A stretch of DNA of 64,000 nt, from positions 1,280,001 to 1,344,000 of the forward strand of contig JBKBWQ010000001.1 in the NCBI GenBank assembly GCA_046314355.1, written 5' to 3'. The notes below the pieces were generated by a model. It worked only from the letters and a program-made list of their open reading frames with translations. It was not told where the DNA came from and did not search any database. The position numbers and the translations under genes are program-made. This DNA comes from Candidatus Altimarinota bacterium (GTDB taxonomy: Bacteria; Patescibacteriota; Gracilibacteria; 1-14-2-50-48-13). Positions 50,601 to 56,604 of the stretch are shown here, piece by piece (position 1 is the first letter of the stretch; each line of letters begins with the position of its first letter).

Positions 50601-51549
50601 CACCTTGTCCGATAGTAATTGAGCTATAGTTAAGAGCATTTCCTGTAGCTTCAACTGTTGAGGTAGTAGGCGTTGTACAAGCACTATCAGTACATTTTAC
50701 ATATTTTAAATTATTGCTAGCTGAATCTACGTATGAAATTCTTACAAATCCATCGGTACCAGTGGTCATACTATACGAAGTAGAATAACTAGTCGTTGCG
50801 ATAGTGGCAGTAGTATTTCCTGATGAACATGTTGTATTTCCACACTGTAGATACTTGATTGAAGTATCTGACGTATTGTAGTAAAGGATTCGAGGATTGC
50901 TGCTTGCATCCATATTCATGAATGTTGGAGCTGTCCCAACAGTACCTGTGTTAACAATAGTACTTACTGTATTACCACTGTTACATGCAGCTACACCACA
51001 TCTTATAAATTTTAGATTATTATTTGTTGAATCAATATATGCGATTCGTGCAAAAATGTCAGAAGAGGCAATAGCTATTGATGGATATTTTCCTACATCC
51101 CCTACCATATCTAGAGTAGTAATAGTATTAGCTCCATTACAACCGACAGCTCCACATCTTAGATATTTTAAATTCGTATTCGTCTGATCATAATAGACCA
51201 TACGTAAAAGATTGTCAGAAGGCTGTACGAAAGATGGATATTTACCTACATCCCCTGTAGTATCCAGCGTAAAGTTAAACGGCAAAGGTGATGTACATCG
51301 TGTGTTACTACATGTACCAAATTTTAGATCACCTCCACTAACTCCGTAATAAACATATCTTGCAAATCCTGATGAATCGACTTGTAGAAATGGAAATTGA
51401 CCTACATCAGCGGTCGAATCTATGGCGGTATTGCCGTAAGCCAACGCTGAATTAATCATCTTTGCGAAGAAAGAGAAATTCCATACGCTGAGGGAAATTA
51501 CGAGGATTCCTAGCACAGTAAAGAGATTTCTTTTGTTTTTGTGTGTCAT
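32626..51549 (-). CDS. Giant (6,307 aa) surface adhesin-like protein: 7 beta-propellers, 18 FN3-like modules, Ig-like domains, thrombospondin-3-like Ca repeats, C-terminal TM anchor
   Basis: Signal peptide ending SALA; ~50-aa blades ending C-x4-C; YYWRIKFWD-type modules; DxDxDG repeats; LWFNLGLLAIATSLTGYIWW-RRDKRKK anchor. Confidence 0.93.
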   Translation of the reverse strand: MTHKNKRNLFTVLGILVISLSVWNFSFFAKMINSALAYGNTAIDSTADVGQFPFLQVDSSGFARYVYYGVSGGDLKFGTCSNTRCTSPLPFNFTLDTTGDVGKYPSFVQPSDNLLRMVYYDQTNTNLKYLRCGAVGCNGANTITTLDMVGDVGKYPSIAIASSDIFARIAYIDSTNNNLKFIRCGVAACNSGNTVSTIVNTGTVGTAPTFMNMDASSNPRILYYNTSDTSIKYLQCGNTTCSSGNTTATIATTSYSTSYSMTTGTDGFVRISYVDSASNNLKYVKCTDSACTTPTTSTVEATGNALNYSSITIGQGGIPIIAYYDQTNGDLRYAVCSSDACGSANTNSIETTNNVGLYPSISVDSTGIPQILHYDLTNGDLRFTKCGDINCSPTSGPSSPTSLFVNTSYTGAQTGNVNPTNLASIQLAFSAIHNDAEGEAANKYRIQIATDNAFNTIVFDTGAAGETTSAAEGARSSNLRPSTAHVLSVGTPYYWRVKFWDINGTEGVFSPSGSSAATFTIAQDVAPTISVVDNMISGGTLSPVMSIALDSSGFSRIAYYDPSAQDLKYTQCLNLSCSQKTTPLILDGGDGTSAGPSNNIAMGLDGFPRITSYNQTNTTLYFIKCTAADCSTKTSTAVDSGIGVGSEHDMEIGTDGFARIVYRDGGSADLEFARCTNDTCSTKVRTTIESTGFTGRMASMVLTPSTAPTPNLPRISYIEDGAYTLKYAECLNIDCSSSNITTIDNTTPFGGSYSSIALASDGFPRIAYIAGSTLKYIQCLNSACTGSTPISLDASASTQTGGNPISMKIDADDAVHISYGAEYMYCSDSTCTSRTNLTYESGNGTSATALDINSSGFPNIIYRGGGYLKMLHCISKTCGGVPPTAPTALFSNISTTGAQSGLTNPTTLSSINVVFSAIHSSLDSLAANKYRIQVATDDAFSAIVFDSGAAGTAISTISNNARSGNISTTATFAENTTYYWRIKFWDTNGSEGSFSPSGVTAASFKTNANLSPLLTTVDSTNNVGDQTAHVIASDGFSRISYRDSTNYDLKFAQCTNATCSLKTLTTVDSTGSVGDYTSIAMAPDGFARISYYDATNQNLKFAQCTNAACSTSVLTTIDSVGNVGQYTSMTIAADGFARIAYKDVTNGDLKYVQCLNTSCSSSVINAVDTTGNVGDHTSIAIGADEFARISYKDVTNGDLKYAQCSNAECSASSITTLDTVGDVGSYTSIAIWTHGFARISYQDVTNGDLKFARCTNASCSSSIISSVDTANTVGLQTSLEMGQDDNPRITHYDATNGDLRYVRCLDPECITKSISVLDSTGFTGQFPALALSPTGFPRVAYYDNTGGDLEYIQCSNDYCGSANSAPASPTTLYANTAANGAQSGLTNPTNLGTANLVFSAIHNDTESNAANMYQIQIATDDNFSSIIYDSGSAGTPITNFASGARSANISTSASLTESTTYYWRIKFFDVNGGIGAFSPSGASAATFTMASAFSANTVSVDTANIVGRFNSIALGSDGFARISHYDASNSALRYTRCTNADCSTSVSNQVATSVLAMNTGITIGTDGFARIVYIQSGNIPRLTICTNDDCTTSTSSSIDSYGMYPSVAMGSDNFLRINYYGVGGGAKYVQCTNADCSTNVKTQIATSGVYSDLALGTDGFARIVRYGNNTSTPTIVLETCTNADCTLKTSTTLSSPLGASANMSPAIALNSSNLPRIVYHGAGNVLQYVECLNATCSTLNTVALDTLATNSLLYRPDIIIASNGFAQITEAAAAPIDGNLGLIVCSNTSCSSRTKTIIDSGAFTGVQTSVITGSDGFARIAYHDNNNGDLKFARCTNSICGPTTNLAPDSPSNLFVNTAANTAQSGLANPTGISNSSLVFSAINSDPEAQNATKYRLQVSAVNTFASTVYDSGNTDMSPVAHGARSSDISVPTTFNINTQYYWRILFIDSSNATGTYSSTATFTTGAGTIAPSAPTNLFANIHTATSQSGQTNPSSLQSGSVVFSAVYADNDPGDSTSKYQLQVATDSGFTGLVYDSGSAGTTMTTTAIGARSPDIAAVIKPMEGETYYWRIKFFDAGNLEGAFSTAAQFTVGSNIPASLTNLNVSSTSVYYTAMTTGTDGFGRLLYTDNNTSKLNYVFCQNADCSIRTITILDNASAVAGMAAIKMGSDGFPIIAYQDSTNADLKYLHCTDNACTTPEITTVASAGFTGYYLNMEVGSDGFARILYKNISTGNFIFTKCTNITCTTNVTNNIVVTNSNARGSIAFGTDGFPRLALADSAGAIIFVKCNDANCGATNIYTLTGTSGLGFVNMILNGSNLPFMVFESNTAPYSLRSATCTVADCSTFDYRALDTMSNPATFIYGGIAKGTDGFAKFSYVSSAGNLRYTSCLSFSCDTRQTSQIDASTGAYRSSFTLAPDGFPRFMYSVSSNTARYARCTNSTCGTPLNITPDSPTDLYINTQANGAQSGSVNPTGLANTNLTVSAVYHDPDINTSNKYRVQFSTVSNFASTVYDNTSSGTFMPSLANNARSANLDIPFTFNINTTYYWRIAFIDSGNATSAYSATAQFTTGSGTIPPTAPTSLYSNTHVATAQSGLTNPSSLQSGSVVFSALYNDTDPGDTATKYQIQVATDSGFTGLVYDSGSAGTTMTAVNAGSRSSDIAAVIKPMEGETYYWRIKFFDAGNLEGAFSAAAQFTIGSNLNPSITSLGGTTNPYGIALGSDGFPRYLSANSPGFKYTRCQNADCSLKVTTILDSAVSVGAADIVLGTGDVPFIAYQDSSNADLKYIKCTNADCTTTAGTTVAATGFTGYYIRMALGNDNLPRILYVNSSNSSYEYTRCVNDTCTTSIATTLPGTMGSVRGGMQIAADGFPRIAVIRSGNALTYMKCTDANCTSPTTQVIAGVTAVDYANLVLDGSDIPFIVTRSNTNSIMGIKCSNVDCSTSTSIALDTQNNPATTLAVGIANGTDGFPKITYSDGGYVPRYIACLSANCSSRTKSTVDAAAFSTQSGLKIAADGFARILYTKAARCTNATCGTTINLTPEAPTTPYINTAANTAQSGLINPTSISNTNLVVSAVHNDPDLGNANKYRVQFSTVNNFASTVYDNGAAGTSLTSFASNTRSSDIAVPYSFSVNTTYYWRIKFWDVSNAEGAYSATQQFTTGNGTNAPTAPTALYSNTNITTAQSGQTNPTNLQSASVAFSAVYNDADSGDIAAKYRIQLATDNAFSDIVYDAGAAGTAFTTPPTSGNRSQDMFAAYKPMEGQTLYWRVSFIDAGGLASPFSAGASFNIGTAIPASLTTVTGFTSGTPVMVKGADGFGRIVGLGTTVSYVRCLNDDCSLKKTTSVDATAGSNNYTQLIMGSDGFARIYYQSNNGGNTALRLARCTDEDCSAPVITNIRTGVGGANAVGYGNSMVLSASDIPTFVSTNIGANILEYITCSNQDCTSPTINTVNTAGGGVGMVKTLLTTSTGTHKIVYVNNAQKVAIIDCANPTCSAAVPVVLTDTAGVGGDSTLNVRLDPSDRLHLTYETGNADGGFIMYYRCTDSACTSSTRMPIDRFTNMASSYTEGFDFGADGFARISYHYNGTSLRYATCTNADCSNRTISTIDAAAGSGYRSSLFIGQDDLPRITYARSGGIRFARCTAQNCGSTENIGPNAPENVFVNTQANTAQTGSLTPTVLNSNALAVSALYKDINGNAASKYRLVIAADTTFYYSVVYDSGINGIAFASPVASGTRTPDILVSPTLTPNTTYYVMLQFWDDANNKGFSVPLHSSFTLPFNYIVNQSPTAPDVLFANTAAATAQTGITNPTNLNSTNIVFSAKYHDPDADAASKYRLQVSTDNTFATTLYDSGSTGTAITVADNARTADLAPAITYTNGSQYYWRIKFWDINNLEGAFSTTAQFSVQTNQAPTSPSGLYSNTVAETAQAGVVNPTSLTTMDLAFSAIHNDPDSDNATKYQLQISSDQNFTSTIYDSGSGGTLLALPLANGDRTPDITIPTTAFDENTTYYWRIKFWDTTDSAGAFSPSGVSAAYFTFNRAPLAPNGLFANRSDEGAQSGYTDPTLNSMNVSFSALHHDVDSDTATKYRLQISTVSNFASTIYDNGAAGTAFVTPVADNERTPDINPTVSYTDYTTYYWRIKTWDSHDKEGAYSAANTFTIQVNGAPSAPDGLYTNSVSETAQSGLSTPTLDTTNLAFSAVYHDPEGEDATKYRLMIASDAAFTSIMHDSGAAGTALASPLADNTRTPDFAPILAYSNYTTYYWKIKFWDTNDLEGAFSTTNTFRIESDLPPTDLFVNTQAAGAQTGLTDPEQLNSLNVVFSAISHDVEADQAVAYRIQVGTDSGLSTMIYDSGAAGTTLGSPVLDDGRSEDISIGMTLTDATTYYWRIQFKDSTGFWSTYSPVHPFTIGLNQAPTAPTTPYVNDSVTGAQSNYTNPTDLSSSSLAFSAIYNDVNTGDKAAYYQLQIATVSDFSTTTYDSGKASLPSQVTAGQRTGDILPGIYQPDHETTYYWRMKLWDDELPDGTEGPYTAAQSFFIPDHDAPAFEGTSTPEDGDVGVIPATPLVFDLADVLTNLSLSSFQVSLDSTPVIINGMCQTGFTCNITQSDSKRLHAEIQPDTALALNTTYSLHVSIRDTATSPNIFNGDITFTTQTAPGAPATLYANTQTEGSQAGLVNPFSLNETDVVVSAVHTDPGSYEATDYQVQLSTVNDFSTIDYDSGSTGTPLTSSLAAGSRSEDIAIPVTLLDNTTYFWRIRFFTTAGPSEYSNASFHISLNSTPTAPVDLYVNTAADGAQTGEVDPTDLANPDVVFSAVFSDPDGTDTASKYRLQIATDDQFVDLVYDNGSAGSTLAMLMPREVPTLVASTSWMPVAPRLAILIADVVTNGSRTEDITITPTTLAYDIEYFWRIKFWDDNGSEGPFSDPAAHFRAPDIYPPVMGATTPVHNSSAAPLRSSVSIPLTDAETGLDATTLNVIVNGTPAIVNGMCQPTFDCASTNIANGVTVGFTPSFDYPYATTIVVEVNVQDLAATPNTLDTSFSFTTMPQPPVLGGGGGSSGTPSAPGNENENELHNAANQNTIPAANVNNHNITNDANYQNANIPPQSNMTMPNSNNPAGLVNSNTGTLANLNANPGNSNGGYTPLPTNTNSSTTPLPPTTPGIPSSVIGTPAVGSTLSHAPVCSIIGGLTFCHSDPAPKDNAAAVAALTCPAAVTGMKATPTTNSLFVSWTPSGSVNANGQLVTVTSGNHESTAVSLGKDTSGILLSDLNAGTKYTVKVVTTNSSGIACPESIAYGTFTTLTIDQEEPEEPKEEDDDVCIKSSGSSQTSCVPMPQKPASTGGTTCGLPARDMRAATPTKYIKVNNLENVSVGNSCSEDVRYAVPVNWKGSDTKTLANQIMYLSKGGQTSEGIILGSYPDRIFLYDLDKDSTFHIKIVGVAEDGSPCKESTIEMDIRTPGDDQCTVGDPGNIEGIEELTKKGVADVDGGSCGDLLTQYGQDSDQFKQCIYGSALETIKQSGGDIYDGGSCYMSNGEYYCVGIGGGGRLYGGGSGYGGGSGGAGSGAGGILGGGSGTLGGPGEQCIPGDPIAGTTDTVLVPRYIDFPQPDRDICVVVSPTFQFCGRFPMPPLHILVGYDTITTTTSGGDACTPPTKNTNINAVEPIVDVPESETQAENDKDVDVVTERGGSYCPVPGYNLTIPAEDRDRDKDGLPDASDSDIDNDGIINREDSFPFDARYSIDLDQDCIPDEIDNCPTVPNPDQRDSLGNGIGDACRIKKPLKASASECTLTIEPVLSEADDDKIDTFTYPDIEELRIGEITYTTVEEKADKPLVVPETITLTSLLPESATDTDGNGLSDAWEKMYFNQIGIASPNKDADKDGLTDGEESRIGTNPSDADTDGDGLSDYDEVIKFHTDPKNQDSDADGLSDGLEVKKYKTNPLTIDTDKDGFSDGQEVLSSNTDPLDKQNYPADFDGDGIDDAWVRKYFPNDLDENGLFKKSAAVTLGTRDTDGDGTSDALEYFYGTNPLIKDTDGDGISDGEEVLDLGTDPLVPNDGKAPKVMKFTNLNSGDISTSANILVKGVTAHPNTVVAVYMQPTGSKELFFLGSVTTDDQGKFLLMTPDLDNGSYTIYAAVKDSAGNLIQETSGISVIVDQTIELPVPSVTHLDDHKILPNEQTSKSALVTTTSAQPVVRGEALYDSIVELTFRSLIFSSSLIADTPQANFATKAPRELEFGDHTVYLTAENTKLHLKSTTTTFPFKRVETTALKASAGDNPFDNLWFNLGLLAIATSLTGYIWWRRDKRKKEAALSRSL

Positions 51550-51675
51550 AAATGTGTTTTTGGGGATATGCCTTCTTATCAGTATACATCAACTACCTCT
51601 ATTTTTCAAAAAAAACCTTTCCTAGACGTTGCAAAAAAACTCGATTATACTTTCCGTACATTTTTATATTTACTT

Positions 51676-52248
51676 ATGGATATGCTCGAAGAACAAATAT
51701 TTACTATTTTTGACACAGAGACTACAGGTTTTAATGCGCAAAGTGGAGATAAGATTATTGAGATCGCTGCTATAAAGATGCAGGGAGGGAAGATCATTGA
51801 AGGACAGACCTTTGATATGCTGGTAAACCCTGAGAGAGCTATTCCTTTTGAATCTACTCAGGTAAATAAAATCACAGATGATATGGTCAAAGATGCTCCT
51901 ACTATTGGATTGGTACTTCCACAGTTTATGGATTTCATAGGTGATAGTATTCTTGTGGCACATAATGCTGAGTTTGATATGGCTTTCTTAAATGAAGCCT
52001 TATTCATGACAAATCCTTTTGCACAAGCTCCAGAAGCTATTTGTACAAAGATTCTTTCAAGAAAACTAAATCCCAATGAAAAGTTTCATAATCTCGATAC
52101 TCTTACCTATAGATACAAGATTGAAGCTCCTGCAGAAGGACGCCACCGTGCTCTGACAGATGTATATATGCTCGCGAAAGTTTTTGAAAAATTACTAGAA
52201 GAAGCGAGAGTGACGACGGTGGATGAACTGAAAAAATTAGCGAGGTAA
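51676..52248 (+). CDS. DnaQ/PolC-type 3'-5' exonuclease (DEDDh)
   Basis: FDTETTG, IIEIAA, VAHNAEFD, HRALTD. Confidence 0.93.
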   Translation: MDMLEEQIFTIFDTETTGFNAQSGDKIIEIAAIKMQGGKIIEGQTFDMLVNPERAIPFESTQVNKITDDMVKDAPTIGLVLPQFMDFIGDSILVAHNAEFDMAFLNEALFMTNPFAQAPEAICTKILSRKLNPNEKFHNLDTLTYRYKIEAPAEGRHRALTDVYMLAKVFEKLLEEARVTTVDELKKLAR

Positions 52249-52250
52249 CA

Positions 52251-52395
52251 GTTATTGCGGCTCGCTAATTGGACTCAATAATTAGGGCTCACATAATTAA
52301 CTAATTGAGCTCAATGATCGCAGCCCAATTAAGAGCCCTTAATGATTGAGCCTAATGATAAGAGCCTAATAACGTGCGCCCAATTACCGAGCCCC
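52251..52395. repeat. Degenerate array of ~10 13-14-bp units (AAT(G/A)ATT..GAGC(C/T)C-like), partly palindromic
   Basis: Units include aataattagggctc, ctaattgagctc, aattaagagccct, aatgattgagcct, aatgataagagcct and aattaccgagccc. Confidence 0.7.
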
Positions 52396-52418
52396 TTTAC
52401 TTCCTTACCTCCCCCTCC

Positions 52419-53687
52419 TTGCTCTCTTCTCTCATCAGTTTTGCAAAAAAAGATCTCTTTCAAAAAAAAGTCCACTTCTGGATTGGAGTGATTTCTATTG
52501 CTCTAGGAACTGCTTTTTCCTTGGTCTTTATTGCGGTAATAGGCAGCATGTACAGGATATCTGAAGAGAAGGCGGGTACGTTGAGTGAGAACGAGATTCG
52601 TGTGACTCCTCTCTACAGGATAGGGTTTCTAAATGTAACGAAGACTGAACAGAAGAAAATAGATGACAGCAGTGTAGAGGCTATCCGCACTTTACCAGAG
52701 GTGCAGGGAATAAAGCGTGAAACCATAGCTCAATTTCCTACGTCTCTTGAGATCAGTCTTTTTAATACCAGCTTTGAGACGGATAGTCCTATCTATGGGA
52801 TTGAAGATGATGAATTCTTAGCAAAAGCGGCTTCAAAGGATATGAGTGGACCAGAGCCTGTGCTTCTTTCTTCAGATCTTTTGGATATATATAATATTGG
52901 TATAGCGCAAGCCATCAATAAGCCGCAGCTCAACGAGCAGTTCCTTGTGGGGCTACCCTTTACTTTAAAGCTTGGCTACTCTTCTTTTTTTAAAGACCAG
53001 ATATCTGATAAGCAGCAGATAAAACCTGCACGGATAGTGGGTATATCTGAAGGGCTTTCCATCGTGGGACTTACTCTTCCTATTTCCAGAGTTCTTGAAT
53101 TAAATAGAGCTTATCTAGGAGACGAATTTGAGCCTGTATACTCAAGAGTAACAGTCACTGTAAAGCCGGGAATAGATTATAAGATTGTGAAAGAGAAGAT
53201 AAAAAATATGGGATTTGACGCAGCTTCCTACGAGGATCAGCTTGCGCCTGTAAAGTCTCAGCTTGCTTTTGTATCTGCGCTTTTGCTTGGTATTGTAGCT
53301 GTTGTACTGGTCTTTATCGTGCTCAATTTCTTCTTTCTCTTTTATAGTCAGCTTGAAGCAAAACACTATATGATCAGTCTTCTCCGTGTGTTTGGAGCGG
53401 GACAGAGAGATATTTTTCTTTTATTTATTGTACAGATGACCTACATAGCTGTGGCGGGTATGATTTTGGGACTCATCCTTGGAGGAGCTGCGATTATTCT
53501 TATAAACATTATACTTCTGAGAGATTTTCCTTTTGTACAAGATCTGATCGGAACTCCGCTTACCCTTGGGTGGCAGGATCCTATTCTGCTTATCTGCGTA
53601 CTCTACTTTATAGTGCTTCTTGCTGTCTTATATCCTGCATGGAGAGGATCTACTTTACTGCCGAGAGATGTGCTGGCAAATAGCTAG
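52419..53687 (+). CDS. MacB/FtsX-family ABC transporter permease
   Basis: N-terminal TM, large extracytoplasmic domain, LLRVFGAGQRDIF, three C-terminal TMs, YPAWR; TTG 52419 likely start. Confidence 0.88.
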   Translation: MLSSLISFAKKDLFQKKVHFWIGVISIALGTAFSLVFIAVIGSMYRISEEKAGTLSENEIRVTPLYRIGFLNVTKTEQKKIDDSSVEAIRTLPEVQGIKRETIAQFPTSLEISLFNTSFETDSPIYGIEDDEFLAKAASKDMSGPEPVLLSSDLLDIYNIGIAQAINKPQLNEQFLVGLPFTLKLGYSSFFKDQISDKQQIKPARIVGISEGLSIVGLTLPISRVLELNRAYLGDEFEPVYSRVTVTVKPGIDYKIVKEKIKNMGFDAASYEDQLAPVKSQLAFVSALLLGIVAVVLVFIVLNFFFLFYSQLEAKHYMISLLRVFGAGQRDIFLLFIVQMTYIAVAGMILGLILGGAAIILINIILLRDFPFVQDLIGTPLTLGWQDPILLICVLYFIVLLAVLYPAWRGSTLLPRDVLANS

Positions 53688-53730
<43 letters not shown>

Positions 53731-53738
53731 GGGCATTT

Positions 53739-54863
53739 CTATACTATTACTCTCCTTATGGTTTCTGAGAGTTTTACCAAGATTTCATAATTGATAGTTT
53801 TTGCGGTAATGGCCAAGGTATCGATACTATTTGGATCGGTCTTGTGTTCGCTGATGACGGTAACTTCGTCTCCTCTTTGGATTTTATGAGTACCTGCATT
53901 GAGACACGTGAGATTCATGCAGACTCTTCCAGCGATCTGTAGAGATTTATCATACCAAGTGACTCTATATTTATTTGAAAGTTTTCTTGTAAGTCCCTCA
54001 TAGTAACCGAAAGGAATGACTGCTAGTGTGGTATTTTCCTGAGCTTCAAAGGTACCGTTATAGCTTACTTTGTCTCCCTTTTTTAATGCTATTGTATTGA
54101 TAACTGTGGAGATGCATCTAAGTGCAGGTTTGAGAGTATCGTAGGATTTCCTCTCAGGATGCTCCTCCGCAAAGGTATGGTAGCCGAATAATCCAATCCC
54201 TATTCTCATAGAGTTTATTCTCGCATCCACTGGGAAAAATGCTCCGTGTGTAGCGCCGAGATGAACATATTTTGGATGCAGGTCTGACTGCTTCAGGATG
54301 TGCAGCGCTTGGGTAAAGCAGTCTGCCTGTTTTTGTGTGAAAGCAGGATCTGTATTATCGCTATCTGCAAAGTGAGAGAATATACCTTCTAGTGTGAGAA
54401 AAGGATATTTTTTAAAGTATCCAAGATATGTGGATAGATCCTGTACTTCTAACCCCTGGCGGTTCATACCTGTATTTATTTTGAGATGAATGCGTACTTT
54501 CTTTTTCATAGCAGCTAAAATATCCATGGTCTCCAGATCGTAGACTGTGAGACTCACTTTTTTCAGATTCATGAGCGGAAGGTTCTGGGGAGGCGTATAG
54601 CCGATGAGCAGTACTTTTTTTGAAGAATGTTGTAGTACTTTTGCTGCTTCATAATAGCTATCTACTGCTATCATTGCGCAGTCTGTTTCTTCCAGGATGG
54701 AGGATATCTGCTGTATGCCATGTCCATATGCATTGGATTTTAGTACTGCAATGATAGATTGGTTTTCTGCTCTTTTTCTAAAAAATTCATAGTTATGAAG
54801 AATATTCTCCTGAATAATCTCAATGCGGTTAAGCGTCTTAAGTCTTTTTCTAAAAAAAAGCAT
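53739..54863 (-). CDS. alr: Alanine racemase
   Basis: AVLKSNAYGHG PLP-lysine motif, HLKINTGMNRQG, SHF, GRVCMN, TINYEIL. Confidence 0.95.
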   Translation of the reverse strand: MLFFRKRLKTLNRIEIIQENILHNYEFFRKRAENQSIIAVLKSNAYGHGIQQISSILEETDCAMIAVDSYYEAAKVLQHSSKKVLLIGYTPPQNLPLMNLKKVSLTVYDLETMDILAAMKKKVRIHLKINTGMNRQGLEVQDLSTYLGYFKKYPFLTLEGIFSHFADSDNTDPAFTQKQADCFTQALHILKQSDLHPKYVHLGATHGAFFPVDARINSMRIGIGLFGYHTFAEEHPERKSYDTLKPALRCISTVINTIALKKGDKVSYNGTFEAQENTTLAVIPFGYYEGLTRKLSNKYRVTWYDKSLQIAGRVCMNLTCLNAGTHKIQRGDEVTVISEHKTDPNSIDTLAITAKTINYEILVKLSETIRRVIV

Positions 54864-54981
54864 AAATTTATGTAAGGAATCTATCTGAATAGTAGTGAGT
54901 ATAGAACAAAAGAGAAGAATCTTAGCTTCACAAAAACCTCTACTGTATGTATACTTGTAGATCACATCTAATTGCAGCTTT

Positions 54982-55533
54982 ATGGAATCCGTCCCTTACA
55001 TCTTTGACTTCAAGAACATATTTCTCGGAAACTTTCCTCCGGAAGTGTTCTTTGAAATATTTATCAGAGTCATGATAGTATATATCTATGCTTTAGTTTT
55101 GCTCAGACTTTGCGGAAGGCGTACTAAACGAAAACTCTCTTTTTCAGAGGTACTTATCATTGTAGCTCTTGGACCAACTATAGGGAATGCTATGTTCTCT
55201 ACGGCTGAGCCGCTCTTTCATGCGATTTTTATTATTACGGTAATTGTCCTTTTTCAGAATATCTTGTCTGCAGTAACCCGCAGAAGTGAAAGAATGCGCA
55301 GACTTTTGGAAGGGAACTCTGAATTGATTATCAAGGATGGAGTCATCCTTGAGTCCGTCCTTCAAAAAAGCAGCTATGCCCGAGAGGATCTATATTCATC
55401 TTTAAGAAGACGGGGGATAAGAAATATAAATGAAGTGGAGCTGGCATATATAGAAACCAATGGAGAGCTCAGTGTCTTCCGTCTCAAGCAGCCGTCTTTT
55501 ATCTCTGATACACCGATTCTTCCTCTTACCTAA
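54982..55533 (+). CDS. DUF421 (YetF) membrane protein
   Basis: LRLCGRR...LS..E; LEG..ELIIKDG; LRRRGI; AYIETNGELSV. Confidence 0.9.
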   Translation: MESVPYIFDFKNIFLGNFPPEVFFEIFIRVMIVYIYALVLLRLCGRRTKRKLSFSEVLIIVALGPTIGNAMFSTAEPLFHAIFIITVIVLFQNILSAVTRRSERMRRLLEGNSELIIKDGVILESVLQKSSYAREDLYSSLRRRGIRNINEVELAYIETNGELSVFRLKQPSFISDTPILPLT

Positions 55534-55541
55534 AAACATAT

Positions 55542-56597
55542 ATGACTACACTTGAAGTACCCGATCCTCGTGATACCGCAAAAGAAGCTGGGCTGCATTA
55601 TATTCATGATGATATTCCCGGTATTCAGAGAAAAAAATCGGGGAAGCACTTTGCCTATTTTTCACTTTCCGGAGAGAGAATAAAAGATGAAAAGGAAATC
55701 TCACGTATCAATAAACTGCGTATCCCGCCCGCATGGAAAGGAGTATGGATTTCACCAGATCCAAAAGGACATCTGCAGGCAACGGGTTATGATGATAGAA
55801 AGAGAAAACAATACCGCTATCATGCAGATTGGAGCATGAAGAGAAATGAAAATAAATTTAACCGCATGATAGCTTTTTCAAAGAAACTTCCCCACATAAG
55901 AGCACAGGTGGACAAGGACCTTTCCAGACCAGGTCTCTCAAAGGAAAAAGTTCTTGCTACCATCATCAGGCTTCTTGAATTTTCCTGCATACGTATAGGT
56001 AATGAAGAATATGCACAGAGCAATGCATCCTATGGATTGACCACCATGAAAAACCGTCATGTGGATGTGGAGGGAAGTACGATCGTGTTTCACTTTAAAG
56101 GGAAAAGTAATGTGAAGCACAACATTACTATCAAGGATAGAAAACTTGCCAGGATTATCGCAAACTGCAAAGATCTGCCTGGACAGAGATTATTTGAGTA
56201 TGAAGATGAAAGTGGTGGTGTGCACTTGGTCCATTCCGATGATGTAAATAACTATCTCAAAACCATTACAAACGATCACTTCACCGCCAAGGATTTTCGT
56301 ACCTGGATGGGGACGGCTCTTGCGGCATTGGAACTGAAAAAGATTGTTCCCTTTGAAACTGAAGCACAGGCTCATAAGAATTTCCTGGAAGCAGTGAAAG
56401 CAGTAGCTTCAATACTTGGCAATCGTCCTGCTACATGCAGAAAATATTATATTCATCCTGCCATAGAGCAGTTTTATATGGAAAAGACCCTTTCGGATCT
56501 TATGAATTATGAAAAGAAGATAGAGAAGAAGGGGCTGTATGCCTACGAGGAAAGTGTAGTAAAGATTCTGAAGCAGTATGAAACTAGCAAAAAATAG
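55542..56597 (+). CDS. DNA topoisomerase IB (bacterial/poxvirus-like)
   Basis: IPPAW, GHLQATG, RKQYRYH, IRIGNEEY, FKGK, KDFRTW, LGNRPATCRKYYIHP catalytic motifs. Confidence 0.95.
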   Translation: MTTLEVPDPRDTAKEAGLHYIHDDIPGIQRKKSGKHFAYFSLSGERIKDEKEISRINKLRIPPAWKGVWISPDPKGHLQATGYDDRKRKQYRYHADWSMKRNENKFNRMIAFSKKLPHIRAQVDKDLSRPGLSKEKVLATIIRLLEFSCIRIGNEEYAQSNASYGLTTMKNRHVDVEGSTIVFHFKGKSNVKHNITIKDRKLARIIANCKDLPGQRLFEYEDESGGVHLVHSDDVNNYLKTITNDHFTAKDFRTWMGTALAALELKKIVPFETEAQAHKNFLEAVKAVASILGNRPATCRKYYIHPAIEQFYMEKTLSDLMNYEKKIEKKGLYAYEESVVKILKQYETSKK

Positions 56598-56604
56598 CTT
56601 TCTT

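Noticed and set aside
33320-51187. Many 60-120 aa ORFs overlapping the giant gene, and similar antisense ORFs elsewhere (e.g. 30590..31264, 22648..23235, 14310..14825, 8369..8860)
   Set aside because: Shadow ORFs of well-supported genes, with no motifs or independent expression signals
52251-52395. Possible CRISPR array
   Set aside because: Units are 13-14 bp, degenerate and adjacent with no unique spacers; no cas genes in the window
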